Assembly (NCBI RefSeq): GCF_001652585.1
Contig: NZ_LWLG01000001.1
Span: 270,001-302,000 of the forward strand
DNA length: 32,000 nt
Direction of reading: 5' to 3'
From: Thermosulfurimonas dismutans
GTDB taxonomy: Bacteria; Desulfobacterota; Thermodesulfobacteria; Thermodesulfobacteriales; Thermodesulfobacteriaceae
The first letter of the stretch is position 1. Each line of letters opens with the position of its first letter. Below the pieces are notes generated by a model that saw nothing but the letters and a program-made list of their open reading frames with translations, made no database searches and was not told where the DNA came from. Below are positions 1 through 12,843 of the stretch, piece after piece. The translations under genes were made by a program, and so were the position numbers.

Positions 1-3990
<3,990 letters not shown>

Positions 3991-4093
3991 ATATCATTCT
4001 CCTTATTAGAAATTGATTCAGAGCTTTTCCTTGTAAAAGATCTAACTAAAGTTTTTTCTGAGACTTTTTGATTAACTTCATTGTCAGAAAAGG

Positions 4094-4170
4094 TGTTGAA
4101 AAAGATCTTGAATTTTGGAGACGTAATTTTCAACCTCCCTTTCAACAGCTTTTCCCAAAATATTTGAACA
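4094..4170. repeat. cluster of four TTTCAAC-core 9-mers in the AT-rich dnaN/helicase intergenic region
   Basis: TGTTGAAAA at 4094-4102 (reverse complement TTTTCAACA), TTTTCAACC at 4127-4135, CTTTCAACA at 4139-4147, ATTTGAACA at 4162-4170. AAAAGATCT also occurs twice (4035-4043, 4100-4108), with GAGATCT at 4174-4180. Function unknown. Confidence 0.3.
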
Positions 4171-4225
4171 CCGGAGATCTAAGAATGGGCACTTTCTTTA
4201 TTTTGAAGAAGGATTATACTACAGG

Positions 4226-6343
4226 GTGTTTTTGAAGGGAAGGCGTGTGGATTACTCAAAAGAGCTCAATCCGGCCCAGCTTGAGGCCGTAAGGACTCTT
4301 TTTGGGCCGATTTTAGTCATAGCTGGGGCGGGTTCTGGAAAGACTCGCACCTTGGTTTACCGGGTAGCCCGTCTGGTGGAAGAAGGCGTTCCTCCGGAAA
4401 AGATCCTTCTTTTAACCTTTACCCGTAAGGCTTCTCGGGAGATGCTGCGACGGGCGGCTATGATCTTGGACGCCTCTTGTGAGCGCGTATCCGGTGGCAC
4501 TTTTCATTCCCTGGCCCATAGTATGCTTAGAGAGTACGGACATCTCATAGGCTATGGGCCGAATTTTACTGTGCTTGACCGTGGGGATACCGAGGACGCC
4601 ATCAACCTTTTGAGGGCCGCCCTCGGATTTTCGGAAAAGAGCAAGCGTTTTCCGAAAAAGTCAACCTTGGCCTCCCTTTTCAGTAAGGCTGTAAACCAGG
4701 GAAAAACCATTTCCGAACTCCTTGAAAGGGAATATCCCCATTTTCTAGATCATCTTCCTGATATAGAGCGGTTATTTGCTGAATACCAGCGCTACAAGCA
4801 GGAACATCAACTTATGGACTACGATGATTTGCTTCTCAACTGGTACCGTGTCCTTCTCGAAAATCGGGCGGTACGAAGAGAAATCTCTCAGCGCTTTGAG
4901 TTCATTATGGTGGACGAATATCAGGACACCAACCGCCTCCAGGCCGAAATTGTGAGGCTCATGGCCGAAGGACACGGAAACGTAATGGTGGTGGGAGATG
5001 ACTCCCAGAGCATTTACGCCTTCCGGGGCGCCAATTTTAGAAATATCCTGGAGTTCCCGAAACTCTTTCCTGGGACCCGTATCATAAAGCTTGAGGAGAA
5101 CTATCGGAGCACTCAGCCTATTTTGGATCTGGCCAACGCGGTCATCGAAAGGGCCCGTGAGAAATACACTAAGTGTCTTTTTACACGAAAGAAAGGTGGT
5201 CGGAAACCTAAAATTTATCGTGCCCGGGATGAGGCCGATCAGAGTAGCTTTGTGGCCCAACGCATTCTGGAACTCCGGGAGGAAGGCGTGCCCCTTTCAG
5301 AAGTGGCCGTTCTCTTCCGGGCGGCCTTTCACTCCTTCGATCTCGAACTCGAACTTGCCAAGAGGGATATTCCTTTCGTAAAGTATGGAGGTTTGAAACT
5401 AATTGAGGCCGCACATATCAAAGATGTGGTCGCTCATCTCCGGATCTTACTCAACCCTTACGATTTTCTTTCTTGGAACAGGGCCTTGCTTCTGCTTGAG
5501 GGCGTGGGCCCGCGGAGCGCAGAGAGGATCATAGCCCACCTTCGGTCTTCCTCGGATCCCATTCGGGCTCTTTCGGAGTTTAGGGCCAAGCCATCCTTTG
5601 AAAGGCACCTTGCGGCCTTGGCTGAAGTCCTGAGGGAGCTCCAGAAGTTGTCTTCGGTGGAAGAAAAACTCGAAAAGCTGGTGGACTACTATTCTCCCAT
5701 CCTTGAGCGGGTCTATCACGATGACTATCCCAAACGTGAGAGGGATCTCGAGAGTTTGATCACGCTTTCTCATAAGTACGGAGATTTAGCGGAGTTCCTT
5801 ACGGATCTGGCCCTTGAGCCTCCAGAATCATCAGTGGCCGGTCTTGAGCCTGAGACCGAGGACGAGGACCATATGGTGCTCTCCACCATCCACTCCGCCA
5901 AGGGACTTGAGTGGCACACGGTCTTCGTGATTTCGCTTTCTGAAGGTCGGTTTCCTTCGGCCTATGCCGCCGGCAGTGAGGAGGAACTTGAGGAAGAAAG
6001 GCGCCTATTTTACGTGGCTGTAACTAGAGCCCGTGAAAATCTCTATCTTTGCTATCCGGTAACCGGTTATGTGCCGGGAGAAGGTCGGGTCATCCTCAAA
6101 CCCTCCCGTTTTCTGGAAGAGTTGCCAGGTTCTTTATTTGAGCCTTACCGAGATGAAAAGCCAGAAGAAGATCTTTCCGAGGAAACTGGCAGTGAGTTCA
6201 GGCCGGGTGATCTGGTCTGGCACCCCCGTTTCGGAGAAGGCGAAGTCCGTGACGTTCTCAGCGAAGAAAAGATTCGCGTCCATTTTATCACCCACGGCGA
6301 AAAGACCCTCCATCTTAAGTTTGCCCGCTTGGAGAGACTCTAG
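4226..6343 (+). CDS. UvrD/PcrA/Rep-family ATP-dependent DNA helicase (superfamily 1)
   Basis: 705-aa ORF. Walker A AGAGSGKTRT, motif II MVDEYQDTN, NYRST, VLSTIHSAKGLEW, YVAVTRARENL, and a C-terminal Tudor-like tail (GDLVWHPRFGEGEV). The track start is GTG 4226. GTG 4247, preceded by GAAGGGAAGG, gives MDYSKELNPAQLEAV and may be the real start, because a TATACT -10-like hexamer sits at 4215-4220. Confidence 0.9.
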   Translation: MFLKGRRVDYSKELNPAQLEAVRTLFGPILVIAGAGSGKTRTLVYRVARLVEEGVPPEKILLLTFTRKASREMLRRAAMILDASCERVSGGTFHSLAHSMLREYGHLIGYGPNFTVLDRGDTEDAINLLRAALGFSEKSKRFPKKSTLASLFSKAVNQGKTISELLEREYPHFLDHLPDIERLFAEYQRYKQEHQLMDYDDLLLNWYRVLLENRAVRREISQRFEFIMVDEYQDTNRLQAEIVRLMAEGHGNVMVVGDDSQSIYAFRGANFRNILEFPKLFPGTRIIKLEENYRSTQPILDLANAVIERAREKYTKCLFTRKKGGRKPKIYRARDEADQSSFVAQRILELREEGVPLSEVAVLFRAAFHSFDLELELAKRDIPFVKYGGLKLIEAAHIKDVVAHLRILLNPYDFLSWNRALLLLEGVGPRSAERIIAHLRSSSDPIRALSEFRAKPSFERHLAALAEVLRELQKLSSVEEKLEKLVDYYSPILERVYHDDYPKRERDLESLITLSHKYGDLAEFLTDLALEPPESSVAGLEPETEDEDHMVLSTIHSAKGLEWHTVFVISLSEGRFPSAYAAGSEEELEEERRLFYVAVTRARENLYLCYPVTGYVPGEGRVILKPSRFLEELPGSLFEPYRDEKPEEDLSEETGSEFRPGDLVWHPRFGEGEVRDVLSEEKIRVHFITHGEKTLHLKFARLERL

Positions 6344-7797
6344 AACCTAAAATTCGGGCCTTTGACGTCCTTCCAGTAAGAGCGGGTGAGGATGATCATC
6401 ATGGGAAAGAGTTCTAAACGTCCCGCGAGCATACAGAAAGTGAGGACCAGTTTGGATAGATCGGGTAAATGGGCGAAGTTCTGGGTAGGCCCCACTTTCG
6501 CCAGTCCTGGTCCAATGTTGTTTAAGGTGGCGGCTACGGCCGAAACTCCGGTCTCAAGATCAACTCCCTGAGCACAGACGATAAATGAGGCTGCAAGAAA
6601 TATCAAGAGATAAAGGGCCAAGAATCCGAAAAGACTCTGGATCACTTCCTGCGGAACCCTTTCGCCCTGATATTTGAGGGTTTCCACTGCTCGGGGGTGT
6701 AGGAGCTTTCGGAACTGGATCTTTATAAATCTAAAGAAAAGGAGCATACGGACCTGTTTGACGCCGCCTCCGGTAGATCCGGCCATACCACCGAAGCACA
6801 TGAGGATCACCATCATGAGTCTCAAAATCTGGGGCCAGGCATCGTAGTCCGCGGTGCCGTAACCGGTGGTGGTCATAATGGAGACTACCTGAAAAGTTCC
6901 GTAACGGAAGGCCGAAATAAGCCCGTATTTTGGTAGAGTGAAGATCAGACAGAGCAGGGTAGCGAGCAGAGTGACCATAAAATAGAACCGAAATTCTTCG
7001 TCTTGAAGATAGACTTTGAGGTCACCTTTCAAGGCCCGGTAATGCAAAGCGAAGTTGGTACCCGCAAGGAACATGAAAAAGGTTACTACGTAGTCTATGT
7101 AGGCTGAATCGAAGGCCCCTATACTTGCGGTCCGTGTGGAAAAACCCCCGGTAGCCATGGTGGTGAAGGCGTGGGATATAGCTTCGTAGGGAGAAAGACC
7201 TCCCAACAGTAGAAGCAGGGTTTCTACGAGGGTGAAGAGCACATAAACGCTCCACAAGATGCGGGCAGTGTCCTGAATACGAGGGGTGAGGCGGTCCTTG
7301 ACCAATCCCGGTACTTCGGCCTGATAAAGCTGGGCCCCTCCGATCCCGAGAAATGGTAGTATGGCTAGCGACAACACAATAATGCCCATACCACCAAGCC
7401 ACTGGCTAAGAGAACGCCAGAAAAGAAGTCCTCGGGGAAGGTTCTCCAGTTTTTCGAAGACCGTGGAACCGGTGGTGGTGAAACCGGAAACAGATTCGAA
7501 AAGGGCGTCCACCGGCGAAAGGACTCCGGAAAGGATATAGGGCAGGGCCCCTATGGCACCGGCAAGGATCCACGAGAAGGCCACTACTGCAAACCCTTCC
7601 CGGTAACCCAGGTCTTCCTCGCTTTTTATGGAAAAAATAAGGATGGCCCCTAGCGAGGCCGAAACGGCCGCTGAGACCGGAAAGACCCACCAGATACTCT
7701 CGTGATACCAAAGGGCTATTAAAAGGGGAAGAAGTAAAGCTACCGAAAAAAAGAGGAGGAAACCCCCTAGAAAGTAGAGAAGGACTCCGAGTTTCAT
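6340..7797 (-). CDS. trkH: TrkH/KtrB-family potassium uptake membrane protein
   Basis: 485-aa polytopic membrane ORF with repeated pore-loop-like TTTG/TTGY segments (SGFTTTGST, MATGGFS, IMTTTGYGT, AGSTGGGVK). Its start overlaps the trkA stop (ATGA at 7794-7797). Confidence 0.9.
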   Translation of the reverse strand: MKLGVLLYFLGGFLLFFSVALLLPLLIALWYHESIWWVFPVSAAVSASLGAILIFSIKSEEDLGYREGFAVVAFSWILAGAIGALPYILSGVLSPVDALFESVSGFTTTGSTVFEKLENLPRGLLFWRSLSQWLGGMGIIVLSLAILPFLGIGGAQLYQAEVPGLVKDRLTPRIQDTARILWSVYVLFTLVETLLLLLGGLSPYEAISHAFTTMATGGFSTRTASIGAFDSAYIDYVVTFFMFLAGTNFALHYRALKGDLKVYLQDEEFRFYFMVTLLATLLCLIFTLPKYGLISAFRYGTFQVVSIMTTTGYGTADYDAWPQILRLMMVILMCFGGMAGSTGGGVKQVRMLLFFRFIKIQFRKLLHPRAVETLKYQGERVPQEVIQSLFGFLALYLLIFLAASFIVCAQGVDLETGVSAVAATLNNIGPGLAKVGPTQNFAHLPDLSKLVLTFCMLAGRLELFPMMIILTRSYWKDVKGPNFRF

Positions 7798-9143
7798 AAT
7801 TCGAAGATCTTTTCTACCTTAGAAAGACCCTTGCGGAGACCTATGATCACCAAGAGATCTCCGCTTTTTATGACGGTTTCTCCGGAAGGGATGAGGACTT
7901 CGCCGTTACGGTAAAGGGCCCCCACAATAGTATCTTCGGGAAGGTCGAGTTCTCGGATCTTTACGCCCTCCTCAAATGTCCTTTTCGGTGGGACTTCAAT
8001 TTCCTCCACCTCTACCATGGTTTCCAGAAAACTGGTTACAGAAAATATCCGGCTGCTTTTTACAAACCGCAGGATCTGATCCGAAGTTACCAGGCGAGAG
8101 GAGAGGGTCTTATCAATTCCTAAAGGATTAAGAAGGGGGATAAAATCCGGGTGATCCACGCGAATGATGACCCTTTGGGCCCCATAATGTTTGGCCAGCA
8201 GGGCCGAAAGGATATTTACGGTGTCGCTATTGGTTACCGAGATCACCAAATCTGCCCTATCTAGCCCCTCTTTGATCAGTTCCTGGGCCTCAAGGCCATC
8301 AACATTGAGAACTAGGGCTCGGGAAAGGCTCTCAGAAAGGAGTTCACAACGTTCAAGATCGGTTTCTACTACTACTACTTCTTCTACTTCTTTTTCCAGT
8401 TGTTCGGCCACGAGTTTGCCCACCTTGCCGCCGCCAATGACAAAAACCTTTTTGGGAGGGGCAAGTTTTATTCCTAAAAGATGTTCAATGGCCTTGAGGT
8501 CTTTCTTTTTTAAGATCAGAAAGACTCTATCTTGTGGTCTCAGAATGGTATCTCCCCGAGGGATGATGGTTTTACCCTTTCGCACGATAGCCACGATGAG
8601 GAAAGCGTAAAGTTTGCGGAGTTCCATGAGATCCGAAATCTTAACTCCAGCAAGAGCCGTTTTGGGCCTTACCTGATAGCCAATAAGAAGGATCTGTCCT
8701 CCACCAAATTCTTCCCAGTCGGAAAGTTGAGAGAACCGGGAAAGCCGGACGATTTCCTCCGCAAGCGCTCGCACAGGGTTGACGATTAGATCTAGTCCTA
8801 GTTTTTCCTCGTTCAAGGGCGACTCCGGTGAGAGATATTCCTCACTCTTTACCCGAGCGATCTTTCGGGGAACGCCATATTCCCGGGCTAGGAGACAGGA
8901 AATGAGGTTGATCTCGTCGCTGTTGGTGACCGCAATAAAGAGATCGGCCTCCCGTATACCGGCTTCCTCAAGGGTCTTGGCGGAGGCTCCGCTTCCCTTT
9001 ACCGCAAGGATGTTGAGTTTTTCGAGGCGTTTTATTTTTTGAGTATTGGTTTCGATGATCACTACCTGGTGGCCTTCGGCCGAAAGCCTTTCGGCTAGGT
9101 GATAGCCTACCTCTCCAGCTCCCACGATAAGGATGCGTTTCAT
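7794..9143 (-). CDS. trkA: Trk system potassium uptake protein TrkA (tandem RCK/KTN NAD-binding domains)
   Basis: Two Rossmann GxGxxG motifs (MKRILIVGAGEVG and KKVFVIGGGKVG), each followed by a TrkA-C-like segment. I prefer ATG at 9143 (MKRILIVGAG) to the TTG at 9179 used by the track. Confidence 0.9.
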   Translation of the reverse strand: MKRILIVGAGEVGYHLAERLSAEGHQVVIIETNTQKIKRLEKLNILAVKGSGASAKTLEEAGIREADLFIAVTNSDEINLISCLLAREYGVPRKIARVKSEEYLSPESPLNEEKLGLDLIVNPVRALAEEIVRLSRFSQLSDWEEFGGGQILLIGYQVRPKTALAGVKISDLMELRKLYAFLIVAIVRKGKTIIPRGDTILRPQDRVFLILKKKDLKAIEHLLGIKLAPPKKVFVIGGGKVGKLVAEQLEKEVEEVVVVETDLERCELLSESLSRALVLNVDGLEAQELIKEGLDRADLVISVTNSDTVNILSALLAKHYGAQRVIIRVDHPDFIPLLNPLGIDKTLSSRLVTSDQILRFVKSSRIFSVTSFLETMVEVEEIEVPPKRTFEEGVKIRELDLPEDTIVGALYRNGEVLIPSGETVIKSGDLLVIIGLRKGLSKVEKIFEL

Positions 9144-9203
9144 ACCCGGAAAGGTTAGCCCAAACTTTAGCAGAAGCAAACCCCATGCTAAAATGAATTT
9201 TAA

Positions 9204-9992
9204 ATGACAAAAATCTTTGAGGTCCGAAGTTTAAGCTATACCTATCCCGATGGCCGGCAGGCCCTTCGAGGGGTAAACCTGGAGGTCTTTTCTGGGGAAG
9301 CGGTAGCGATTATTGGTCCCAACGGGGCTGGCAAATCTACCTTGCTTTTGGCCTTGGCCGGTCTCATTCCCGTAGAGGGAGAAGTCCTCTATAAAGGCCG
9401 TCACTTAAATGGTCTCAAGGACCCTCGACGACTGGAGATTGGGATCCTCTTTCAAGATCCGGACACCCAGCTTTTTTCCCTTACGGTCTATGAGGATGTG
9501 GCCTTTGGTCCTAGGCAGATGGGCTTTTCCGAGGAGGAGGTTCACCGCCGGGTGAAGGAGGCCCTTGAGAAGGTTGGCCTTTCTGGCTTCGAAGAGCGCA
9601 GTCCTCATCACCTGAGTTTTGGAGAGCGGCGGCGGGTTGCCCTGGCCACTGTGCTTTCTATGCAACCCGACGTCCTGCTCCTTGATGAACCTACCAGTAA
9701 CCTCGATCCCCGGGCCCGAAAACAGTTTTTGGAGCTCATGAAAGGTCTTAGGCTTACGCGAATCGTTGCCACTCACGACTTGGAACTGGCCTATGAGACG
9801 GCTGATCGGGTAGTGGTTCTTTATCAGGGAAAGGTCGTGGCTTGCGGAAGGCCATCGGATGTGATCCTGAACGAAAAGCTTCTCAAGAGTTATGGCCTTG
9901 AGCTCCCCCTTTTTGTAAGATACTTGAAAGGCGAGGTTGAATATGCCCGAAAAGATAAGGCTTCCCTCTTATCTACGCCAGACGCTTTATAA
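9204..9992 (+). CDS. ABC transporter ATP-binding protein, ECF/CbiO type, with no transmembrane partner nearby
   Basis: Walker A GPNGAGKST, Q-loop region ILFQDPDTQLF, Walker B LLLDEPTSNLD, H-loop ATHDLE. The signature motif reads LSFGERRR rather than LSGG(Q/E). No EcfT/CbiQ or S-component gene is adjacent. Confidence 0.85.
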   Translation: MTKIFEVRSLSYTYPDGRQALRGVNLEVFSGEAVAIIGPNGAGKSTLLLALAGLIPVEGEVLYKGRHLNGLKDPRRLEIGILFQDPDTQLFSLTVYEDVAFGPRQMGFSEEEVHRRVKEALEKVGLSGFEERSPHHLSFGERRRVALATVLSMQPDVLLLDEPTSNLDPRARKQFLELMKGLRLTRIVATHDLELAYETADRVVVLYQGKVVACGRPSDVILNEKLLKSYGLELPLFVRYLKGEVEYARKDKASLLSTPDAL

Positions 9993-10770
9993 AAGAAATC
10001 TTCAGATCAATTCTTTCGATAAGCTCCCCAGGCCTATAAGGGCTGAAGTGCTTTTTAAGAAAAAGGAGATTCTCGCCTTTCATCAAGGAAAACCTTTTAA
10101 GGCTCTAGTCGAAGAAGGTGCGGGGAAGGAACTTAAAATAGCATTTTCAGAGGATAAACCTACGATCAAACCCAACGAAAACTTAGTCCTGGTGGTGGCC
10201 ACTCCCAAAGAGCGCTATGTCCTTCAAGGGAAGGTAGAAGAAGTGGTAGATGATCATAAAGTAAAACTTGCCATCACTAACCCCAGAATGGAGGAAAGGT
10301 TAGAGATTCCTCGTGAAGAAGCGGTTTTCATATCTTTTTTACCTATTTCACTCTTTGAAGCCCTTTTTTCGGAAAGATATTTCCTCCTTAGAGATACCAA
10401 TATCTCCAAAGAAACCTTTGAGATTGTGAACAAAGGATACGTATACGACCTCATTATAGACCAGAACGAAAATGTAGTGGATGAATTTTCAGAGATCTTG
10501 AAGACTTCCGGGTTAGTAACCTTCCTCAAGGATATTTCTAGAGGCGGGGCCTGCGTTTTTGCCAAAAAAGTCCTTTCTTTTGATTGGCACGTTTTGCCAA
10601 TTTATTTGAGGGGCAGTATTAATGTCTCCGATGAGAAGGGTTTCACCTTGGGATTAGTGGGTATGACTCGCCAGATAAGAGTAGAGGGTTCACAGACCTT
10701 TTTTCATATCATGTGGGCAAGGCCTCTTCCGGAAGAGGTTTTTGCCTTCATTAAAGCACTTTTTTCTTAA
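9943..10770 (+). CDS. hypothetical protein with PilZ-like C-terminal region (YcgR-like two-barrel layout suspected)
   Basis: ATG 9943 lies 7 nt after GGCGAGG and overlaps the ABC gene 3' end by 50 nt. RMEER (10285-10299) resembles the PilZ RxxxR motif and DISRGG (10531-10548) resembles D/NxSxxG, but they are 77 residues apart instead of the usual 20-30. The domain call is tentative; the coding call is firmer. Confidence 0.45.
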   Translation: MPEKIRLPSYLRQTLYKRNLQINSFDKLPRPIRAEVLFKKKEILAFHQGKPFKALVEEGAGKELKIAFSEDKPTIKPNENLVLVVATPKERYVLQGKVEEVVDDHKVKLAITNPRMEERLEIPREEAVFISFLPISLFEALFSERYFLLRDTNISKETFEIVNKGYVYDLIIDQNENVVDEFSEILKTSGLVTFLKDISRGGACVFAKKVLSFDWHVLPIYLRGSINVSDEKGFTLGLVGMTRQIRVEGSQTFFHIMWARPLPEEVFAFIKALFS

Positions 10771-11542
10771 ATTCTTCAAAGCCCAATCTTTCTATGATGG
10801 TCCCGAGGCGTTCTCCCTTTTGGTTCTCTTCTTGATACACTTTAAGTACCCGCTCGAGTATTGAAAGCACACCTTCGATGTCGGTAAAGGGTACGAGCTC
10901 GGTGGCCAATCTCGGTCGTCTTCCGAGTTTGCCCCCCACGAGGATACGATAACCCCGGTTGGCCTCTCGCAGGGCCCCGGTAGGGCAGATCCGGGTGCAG
11001 GCTCCGCAGGCCACACAACGCTCCTCGTCCACCAAGGGACCGGCCTCCGATAGCCTTATGGCCTCCTCCTCGCAAACCTCAAGGCAGGACTCACAAAAAC
11101 TACATAGGCCTGGTTCTACTTCAAGTAAGATCCGGCCATGAATAGCGAAGTCCTTAATATGAATCTGGGAGCAGGCGTTGGGACACTCTGAAAGTCCTAC
11201 CCGAAAGGCGTTGTGATGCTTGAGCGGTCCGCCAACTTTTCCTTTTAAGAAATCCGTAAGTCCGGCGGCTTTTAGGATCTCTTCTATCCTGGAAAGCAGC
11301 TTTTTTGAATCTGTGAGGGCGTTTTCGCAACCGCTTCCCCCGAAACAGGCTTCTACCGCAAAGCCCTCTCGGGCCTCCGAAGCCTTGCCCCTCAGTGCTT
11401 GCTTGGCCTTGAGGAAGTCCTCTTCCGTAACCTCAGTTTTACCCTGAGCGGAGAGCCATTTTTCAACTTCCTGTTTTACCTTTTTTCTGACAAAAAAGGG
11501 CACCCGTTTGAGCCAGGCCTCGGCCTCCGGGGTCCATCGCAT
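10751..11542 (-). CDS. minimal sulfite/nitrite-reductase-like Fe-S protein with inserted 2x[4Fe-4S] ferredoxin domain and N-terminal PCP_red-like helical domain
   Basis: 263 aa. CFGGSGCENALTD (Cx5C) and SECPNAC (Cx3C) match the siroheme-[4Fe-4S] coupling pattern of the NIR_SIR family. CSFCESCLEVC and CVACGACTRICP are ferredoxin motifs. The N-terminus MRWTPEAEAWLKRVPFFVRKKVKQEVE resembles the PCP_red domain. The ATG lies 1 nt after the upstream gene's stop. Confidence 0.65.
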   Translation of the reverse strand: MRWTPEAEAWLKRVPFFVRKKVKQEVEKWLSAQGKTEVTEEDFLKAKQALRGKASEAREGFAVEACFGGSGCENALTDSKKLLSRIEEILKAAGLTDFLKGKVGGPLKHHNAFRVGLSECPNACSQIHIKDFAIHGRILLEVEPGLCSFCESCLEVCEEEAIRLSEAGPLVDEERCVACGACTRICPTGALREANRGYRILVGGKLGRRPRLATELVPFTDIEGVLSILERVLKVYQEENQKGERLGTIIERLGFEEFKKKVL

Positions 11543-11543
11543 C

Positions 11544-12263
11544 CTAAATCTCCTCCTCCTGCAGGATATCGCCTTTTACGCTTACCACCTGGACTTTGAT
11601 GGGTATTTCAATCCCGGCCCTTCGACGGGCCTCCTCAAGGATCATGGCCAGGCCTCGGCAGCAGGGAACCTCCATAATAACTAAAGTTACGCTCCGGGGT
11701 TGGGCTTGCCTTAGAACCTCGCTCAAGCGGGCTACGTATTCTTCCGCGGGATCAAATTTAGGACATCCGATCATGATCTTTTTGCCGGGAAGCATCTTAG
11801 TATGAAGCTCTGGATAGGCCACCGGTACGCAGTCGGCGGCGATCAGGAGGTCGGCCCCTTTGAGGAAAGGGGCGGTGGGCGGCACTAGGCGGATCTGGAC
11901 CGGCCACTGCGTTAGAGCCGAAGGGATTTCAGCCTCAGAGGTCCCAGTAACAACGGCTTCGAATTCCCGTACCTGACTTCTAGGACATCCGCAGGCCAAG
12001 GTCTCCTTTGCACGTAAATGCTGTAGGTGCTCTTCCACTGCTTGATGGTCGAATTCTTCGGCTTCCCTTTCCACTATCTTGAGAGCTCCCTTAGGGCAGT
12101 TTCCGATACAGGCTCCCAAGCCATCGCACAGTTTTTCCGCTATCAGGCGGGCCTTGCCGTTTATGATCTGAATAGCCCCCTCCGCACAGGCCGGCACACA
12201 CTGCCCGCAGCCGTCACACAACTCTTCATCAATTTCGATGATCTTCCGTAAAGTCTTAGCCAT
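11544..12263 (-). CDS. 4Fe-4S dicluster ferredoxin-domain protein with conserved Cys-containing C-terminal domain of unknown function
   Basis: 239 aa. CDGCGQCVPAC and CDGLGACIGNCP at the N-terminus. The C-terminal part (WPVQIRLVPPTAPFLKGADLLIAADCVP...IGCPKFD...MEVPCCRGL) is a recurrent uncharacterised module. AGGAGG RBS inside the upstream gene's end. Confidence 0.7.
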   Translation of the reverse strand: MAKTLRKIIEIDEELCDGCGQCVPACAEGAIQIINGKARLIAEKLCDGLGACIGNCPKGALKIVEREAEEFDHQAVEEHLQHLRAKETLACGCPRSQVREFEAVVTGTSEAEIPSALTQWPVQIRLVPPTAPFLKGADLLIAADCVPVAYPELHTKMLPGKKIMIGCPKFDPAEEYVARLSEVLRQAQPRSVTLVIMEVPCCRGLAMILEEARRRAGIEIPIKVQVVSVKGDILQEEEI

Positions 12264-12264
12264 T

Positions 12265-12792
12265 TTAATCCTCCTTTAAAAAGTTTTTGGGTTCTGGTTT
12301 TTCGCCAAGTCTGGAAATTACGGAAAGGATTTCTTCCCGTAAAACCTCCGGGACATTGGCCTCTTTAAAGACCTGTTGTCTTTCCTTAGAATTCAGGAAA
12401 AACAAGTAAGCGGCTATAAGCGGGGCTCCCGGAGAACGCTTTCGCACCTTTGTTAGGGCCTCTACTTTCTGCACCAGTCCTAGAATGCGCTCAAGCCTTT
12501 CAAAGTCGTTCCCAACTATCCGTTTCACCGCCAGTCCTACCCGTTCCTTAAGGAGTTCTCCTCGCTGAGCCAGTAGCTCTGGAGGCAGATTTCCCAGACA
12601 CTGTTCCGCAAACCGACAATAGGCCGCACACCCGAAATCCATGCGGGGGTTAGGTACCTGTTGGCCACAGGCAGGGCACTTCCTTACGGTATCGTCCTTA
12701 AAAAACTCGATCTCCTCCCCACAAAAGGGACACGGAGCCTCAAAGATGGCGTCTTCTTTCCAGTATCGGGTATCCTGTCCCGGACAACGCAT
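12265..12792 (-). CDS. Cys-rich zinc-ribbon protein, function unknown
   Basis: 175 aa. MRCPGQDTRYW...CPFCGEEIEFFKDDTVRKCPACGQQV...GCAAYCRFAEQC, followed by a helical C-terminal half. AGGAGG RBS 6 nt upstream of the ATG. First gene of a tightly packed three-gene string. Confidence 0.6.
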   Translation of the reverse strand: MRCPGQDTRYWKEDAIFEAPCPFCGEEIEFFKDDTVRKCPACGQQVPNPRMDFGCAAYCRFAEQCLGNLPPELLAQRGELLKERVGLAVKRIVGNDFERLERILGLVQKVEALTKVRKRSPGAPLIAAYLFFLNSKERQQVFKEANVPEVLREEILSVISRLGEKPEPKNFLKED

Positions 12793-12843
12793 TTTAAACC
12801 TCCTGCAAATTAGGATAAAACTTATTCGCTTTTAGACCTTGAT

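Noticed and set aside
6340-6343. Convergent helicase and trkH genes sharing a CTAG so that their stop codons overlap; similar convergent overlaps at 20339-20350 and 10751-10770
   Set aside because: Overlapping convergent gene ends are common in compact genomes. No structure or motif suggests a special function.
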